From an uncultured Verrucomicrobiota bacterium (lineage in GTDB: Bacteria > Verrucomicrobiota > Kiritimatiellia > CAYTQP01 > CAZOLK01): a stretch of 54,788 nt of DNA. The DNA is taken from contig CAZOLK010000005.1 of the NCBI GenBank assembly GCA_964580325.1, positions 1 to 54,788 of the forward strand, given 5' to 3'. Positions 52,401 through 54,788 of the stretch are shown one piece after another (the first letter of the stretch is position 1; every line of letters begins with the position of its first letter). Both the position numbers and the translations under genes were made by a program. A model generated the notes under the pieces. The model ran no database searches and was not told the origin of the DNA. It was given only the letters and a program-made list of their open reading frames with translations.

Positions 52401-54788
52401 CAGATACGATGATTTGAACCATCCCGAACCTTTATCTTTACATAACCACGAGCAACATTTGTTCTAAATTGCAGGAGCGACAGCTCTCCTTCGCGCAAAT
52501 TGATGGTAACCAAAGGGTCCAACACGTTTGAACTAATAGAGATCCAATGATCACCGGCCATATACGCGCCCAGCGCCGCGGGCTTTACCGGATTGTCCAA
52601 CCAGTCAACCATCTGGTTGGTAAAGACAGCCAATGTCTGTGCGGCATAATAATCAACGAAACCTGCGGTTGCCGACGTGTTAAGTCCATTCCATACCTGA
52701 GCTTTTTTGAGGTTCAAGTACACCTCTTCAGTCGCCGAATTCATTTCCGTAGCCACACCTAACAGTGGGCGCCCAACGCCGCGCTGCAATTCAAAATGAG
52801 CTTTTTCATATATCTGTGTAGTTGTGAGATCAATGATACCATTTGTCGCCAACGTGAGGAAATTAACACCAGGATGTAATCCTTTACCAAAACCATAATC
52901 GCCGGTAAACAACTCACCATTGAAAAAATCGGCTTGGTGAGAAGGTGCAGTGGCTTTCACATAATACTTTCCGGCAGGCAACCCCCTTATTTCATAACTA
53001 CCGTCATCACTTGTTTCCGCCAAACCAAAGATCTTTCCAGGCAATACCATTCGCTGATAATTGATGACATTGGTAATCCCCCCCAAGCCGATGGCATAAA
53101 CCTTACCTCCAACGACTGCCTTACCGTTGATATCACGCACCCAGCCCTTGATGCCACGTGCGCCGTAAACCAATACATCATCCACCCACCATCCACGATA
53201 ATCGTTGTTGTAGATGGTCAATGCGGAAAACAGGAACCGTACCTCAATATTCTGATGTCCGGCAAAAGCACTGAGATCAGATACACGATGTACCCATCCG
53301 GTCTGAGTCAAACCAGTCAAGGGATGTTCGTATGTGCTGTATCCTGCCTTTTGTGAGCTGACAACAATCCAATTAGGTTTCTGGTCAGAACGTGCTTGTA
53401 CGGTCACATAATCTTTAAAAGGTTCAGTTTCATAATACTCGTTCCATTGGAGAGTTAAGTACGGCAGCCCGATTGCATCAAAAAGAGGTGTTTTCAGGTA
53501 ACACTGAATGGCTTGACCTACATTATAGGTGGCATTCAAATTGGTACCGACGCCATCAGTCATAAACGCTTCATGATCAAAAGCCATACGATAGCTAATA
53601 TTGGTGGAATGGTCATGTAGATAACGTATATCATTGGTTTTGGGATCCGGCTCGGTAGAGGTAAGGTGCCAGTAATCAAAAGGAATATAGGGTGTTGAAT
53701 TATGTGTCCAATTATCACGAGAGGATGTTTCAAAATTTTCGTCAATGAGTATGTTGAGGGAATTAGTGGCGGAAGAATCTTGAAAACCTAACTGAAAAAT
53801 ATCTCCATCACTCAAAAAACTGACAATCGTATTAGCCACGCGCGGATTGATATCATCTCCATCATCCAAACCATCGAAATCGGTATCGGCCAGAGATGGA
53901 TCCGTTCGTGCCGTATATACTTCGTATCCGTCAATTAATCCATCACCGTCCGTATCTTGATTATTAGGATCTGTTCCGTAAAAGAATTCGTTTATATCGG
54001 TCAAACCATCGCCATCGGCATCGCTTGTCGGATCATTTGAAACCACAGGATTCAAAGAATTCACGATTTCCCAACCATCAAACAACCCATCTCCATCCGT
54101 ATCTTGAATTGTAGGATTCGGGCTATGCCGATACTCAGGTCCATTGATATCACAACCAGAAACCATATAGACAAATTTGTACCACCACTCATATTCATCA
54201 ATATTTGAGACACCATCATTATCGAGATCATAATCGGGATCTTGCGTTGGATCACCATCATTAAACTCGGTTGTATCAATGCGATCCACACCATTATCCA
54301 GTGGATTCAAAGTCAAATTGTTTGTATGTTGCGGATTCAGTCTGGAATAAGTCCATTCCCATCCATCCATCATACCATCATCGTCCGTATCCCAAAAACA
54401 GGGATCGGTTCCGGCTACAGCTTCGCGTGCATTGTCCAGACAATCGTTATCCGGATCACCAGAACCTTCCCATGGTCCAGTGGTAAGCATCACGATATTC
54501 TCTTCAGTCCAACCGAATTCATCACTAGCACGAACACCAAAGCAATAAACACGTCCATTGATGAGTCCAGTCAATTCAAAAGTCAATTGGTTAGTCACTT
54601 GAGCAACGGGATTGTTGAATACATCATCTTCATCGCACAGAAGTGTCTCCCCACAACCCGCCGAAGTTGTGCTCATATAAATGGTATAAACAATGGTGGT
54701 TGATGTATTGTCGATTGCCGGCAACCAACCTAATACGACATTACCGTTGTTGCCGCCATTGGCTGTACGCAATCCGTCAAAAAAAGGC
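46418..54788 (-). CDS. Giant multidomain surface protein (over 2784 aa; 5' end beyond the right window edge)
   Basis: The frame stays open to the window edge, and the first visible residues already lie inside an Fn3-like domain. There are dozens of TSP3-like D-x-D-x-DG repeats (DTDGDGLxDGxE). Two jelly-roll/MAM-like modules end in GWWVDDVLVYG and GGWYIDDVAIVQGG, each followed by a CarboxypepD_reg-like module (GWVRDINGKAV..SDDGSYEIRGLPAGKYYV). A C-type-lectin-like module is present (WFQARQLA..WTWIDGAPITNYSRF). Kelch-like repeats are present (VLFGGINGNYIMNDTW, LMFGGFDESHKPLNDLWQY, ILYGGTDGNTYFNDTWCF). Confidence 0.9.
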   Translation of the reverse strand, partial: PFFDGLRTANGGNNGNVVLGWLPAIDNTSTTIVYTIYMSTTSAGCGETLLCDEDDVFNNPVAQVTNQLTFELTGLINGRVYCFGVRASDEFGWTEENIVMLTTGPWEGSGDPDNDCLDNAREAVAGTDPCFWDTDDDGMMDGWEWTYSRLNPQHTNNLTLNPLDNGVDRIDTTEFNDGDPTQDPDYDLDNDGVSNIDEYEWWYKFVYMVSGCDINGPEYRHSPNPTIQDTDGDGLFDGWEIVNSLNPVVSNDPTSDADGDGLTDINEFFYGTDPNNQDTDGDGLIDGYEVYTARTDPSLADTDFDGLDDGDDINPRVANTIVSFLSDGDIFQLGFQDSSATNSLNILIDENFETSSRDNWTHNSTPYIPFDYWHLTSTEPDPKTNDIRYLHDHSTNISYRMAFDHEAFMTDGVGTNLNATYNVGQAIQCYLKTPLFDAIGLPYLTLQWNEYYETEPFKDYVTVQARSDQKPNWIVVSSQKAGYSTYEHPLTGLTQTGWVHRVSDLSAFAGHQNIEVRFLFSALTIYNNDYRGWWVDDVLVYGARGIKGWVRDINGKAVVGGKVYAIGLGGITNVINYQRMVLPGKIFGLAETSDDGSYEIRGLPAGKYYVKATAPSHQADFFNGELFTGDYGFGKGLHPGVNFLTLATNGIIDLTTTQIYEKAHFELQRGVGRPLLGVATEMNSATEEVYLNLKKAQVWNGLNTSATAGFVDYYAAQTLAVFTNQMVDWLDNPVKPAALGAYMAGDHWISISSNVLDPLVTINLREGELSLLQFRTNVARGYVKIKVRDGSNHRIWINGFETDYVTPAQFHMNVGEHYASLVMTNEKRIALKPFTILPAKQTYVYFDNEQYANSGNVDIRAEDVFGNVISNALIYVNGTLHSSTSPSMVSDLLPGVHHFHLEKDGYYVSPIIKVRVFANATAVINFVLHDADRDYDLVGDVTEQIGYTNIFLYHREDDPDSDTLSNLIEFELFKEFGMRSNPFDADTDKDTLTDNLEVGYDGSMRFGLSYTYHTNIEIGASSLAVLFSGRYLDGIDNFGTGRVVAAITCDRFEAEVKSYYNDPMPSPNPALTIMKNIQPFGSEERSINESHTRNERVLSDMMVDNVDTDDDTMWDGFEYTYQFMASLTTPGTTNRILDPIACGGADEDPDFDEWSNFKEFLGIDGEPNTNDWTNPTDIDSDGDGMSDGWEFFYGLNPHTNDANQDLDGDGLINLAEFIAGANPTMTDTDSDYLDDFQEVVVFMTDVNNPDTDGDILLDGREVWDRDLDGIPDGGFFPQWAGGDMDNDGMVDGPTDWDTDGDGMPDNFEVLDYLGRERETTLNPSDPTDADEDPDNDGLTNLQEFLIRNQLYGLHPSLFTSDPSYGLNQLYWDYYLDPFNPDSDGDGMPDGWEAMHGLHPRDPIEVRDLADESRISYITVVRYPSVGVNGDMDRDGLWNLREYNIRFSLGGISNIIYSTSTHPWNPDTDNDSLADGEEDRVYRSHALEQDSDYDRLPDASDTSARWGEIDTSVKRLTNDFAVFRCTNLVWFQARQLAQSQQHPSVPNAIADLAVLKGDQTGLIVSNYMIPGANIIALGGFNTTTNPSSWTWIDGAPITNYSRFVEISQPDGARTYLTMRPNGDWYANTSTQFVDAYVVQWKYLVSEQTSHYDRAVGDLWQMWPIEGIPYPVWVQLNPEGTPPLPRWGASSCYNPVFERKCDKFTSTGLATLGDFSCAPLILMDNRKFIVVGGRDGQYRHSDIYEYVVRDNLWRSSGVNLRSMGYDGLSELRAVPFFIYGRGTDCPCGNPDKPVNTPLNYCYSEIYMGTPKWRPWLNSGSVDWMYMHGGWTAKHAYNTFGPFYKSQDDLLSLAESRLGIELNAIGVTEYRDFATNGVPTLNVVNERPPLCIVGAGTVFIEKKVGEDTIVVPRPTTGLAAMNFTDTAFNSVCEEIANVQLIISIGRKPSVPVDTDLYLEIHPGDGFSWTNYSSATDSTEPSARLAGWFTAGPVSFTVDNTTPDNLSLDITTEFVNIINHPNWTIGNEIGFIFVATNATTDYEISPNGTVLGVAYRPAYNYDAMLYSGYIASLITTSVGTGSNSTTTVGATASFTAFSRKSYGLVAIPPTSEIRDAGDAKMVLFGGINGNYIMNDTWEGNVTWNEEDPLPNPNNVTFELINTITRPPARYAHSMTYDSLNGRVLMFGGFDESHKPLNDLWQYSMAEQNWSKIVAFFNPERPQPRGGASMVYWGANDYNRSNYDGTPDGTDFRYFLDSSWVILYGGTDGNTYFNDTWCFDTFNSKWVLMYPHGQYQNAPSPRAYSTMTFAPNALMVKWPEPTIKRGPISSIFLFGGLAGALPTGKDTDFDLVDDGVEHELGGMPAGRNPSINRNVEPDKVLETVPFAAKRIGPVPTSSFVARNSVANFETCRHEEGDWASYNGLPVEWYHDSFDQVYYSYSTLNMLGVQALMTEQHELWYHRAGGENPNTLEDEWRLGVPHPSISLDSNAIPTYAYSGRFCYGTDLDGTYPNNARMELLTPLINLNIPSENSTANTYNSQYYLIFHEWVDLADANDTIWVDAIRPRSQADVWQRIRGTGAQALPIITVVPQRNNNYNTHGKWRRMIVPLNILANETNVFFRFILNSDNEGTAGGWYIDDVAIVQGGEISGTFTNISSQTEVALFGQNYLGAILGQTVTDSQDSFHFGLLPVGNYRVGSWWETWDFSITPSTPEGNLGNLNLDQKPNIDVIPGMPALIQFDAIPGLRYRIEYTTSLLNPQWSFLYRLTAANFKEQFADYSGETPRYYRIILESGL

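Noticed and set aside
1-54788. Searched by eye for tRNA, rRNA, tmRNA, RNase P, transposase, integrase, phage structural genes, restriction-modification or known defence genes, and a SAM riboswitch upstream of metY
   Set aside because: None was recognised. The metY leader is only about 25 nt after a plausible promoter, too short for a riboswitch. For RNA genes, absence cannot be proven without tRNAscan-SE or Infernal.

Overview
The window is a 54.8-kb chromosomal segment with about 40 protein-coding genes. I found no rRNA, tRNA, CRISPR array, transposase or integrase by eye.

Gene content: a sulfatase fragment, a GH116 glycosidase, GspG-type pseudopilins, LptD, a Ser/Thr-kinase-like protein, and very large surface proteins built from TSP3, Kelch, lectin, PKD and lamin-tail modules. 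This suggests a Gram-negative glycan degrader, possibly from the PVC group (Verrucomicrobiota, Lentisphaerota, Kiritimatiellota). That assignment is inference only.

Housekeeping islands are clear:
- speB with a DAACS transporter and a binding protein
- metX and metY
- pckG
- lptD with gspG

Observations most worth follow-up:
1. A family of imperfect-palindromic intergenic repeats, about 160-230 bp, that I do not recognise. Four copies lie at about 4.9, 22.4, 36.6 and 39.9 kb. Two end exactly on stop codons. One sits in the metY/pckG divergent promoter. One is fused to the 5' end of gspG.
2. A locus at 14.9-21.8 kb bracketed by two DUF697 paralogues. It combines a SyrD/PvdE/YojI-type cyclic-peptide ABC exporter, an SPFH protein, a membrane-anchored LivK-like binding domain, a type II thioesterase and an Sfp-type PPTase, with no NRPS or PKS in the window. 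The thioesterase and PPTase are in the same frame, separated by a single TAG.
3. An orphan PAAR-like DUF4280 gene with a zinc-ribbon membrane partner, and elsewhere a signal-less GH24 lysozyme followed by a secreted candidate immunity protein. No T6SS or eCIS structural gene is in the window.
4. A predicted pseudokinase.
5. A 9-nt poly-C tract inside the giant surface-protein gene.
6. A GGA-dense purine tract in a 0.7-kb non-coding gap.

All family assignments rest on motif recognition from memory. No database search or computation was possible. Start codons are often ambiguous because the ORF track also uses GTG and TTG.
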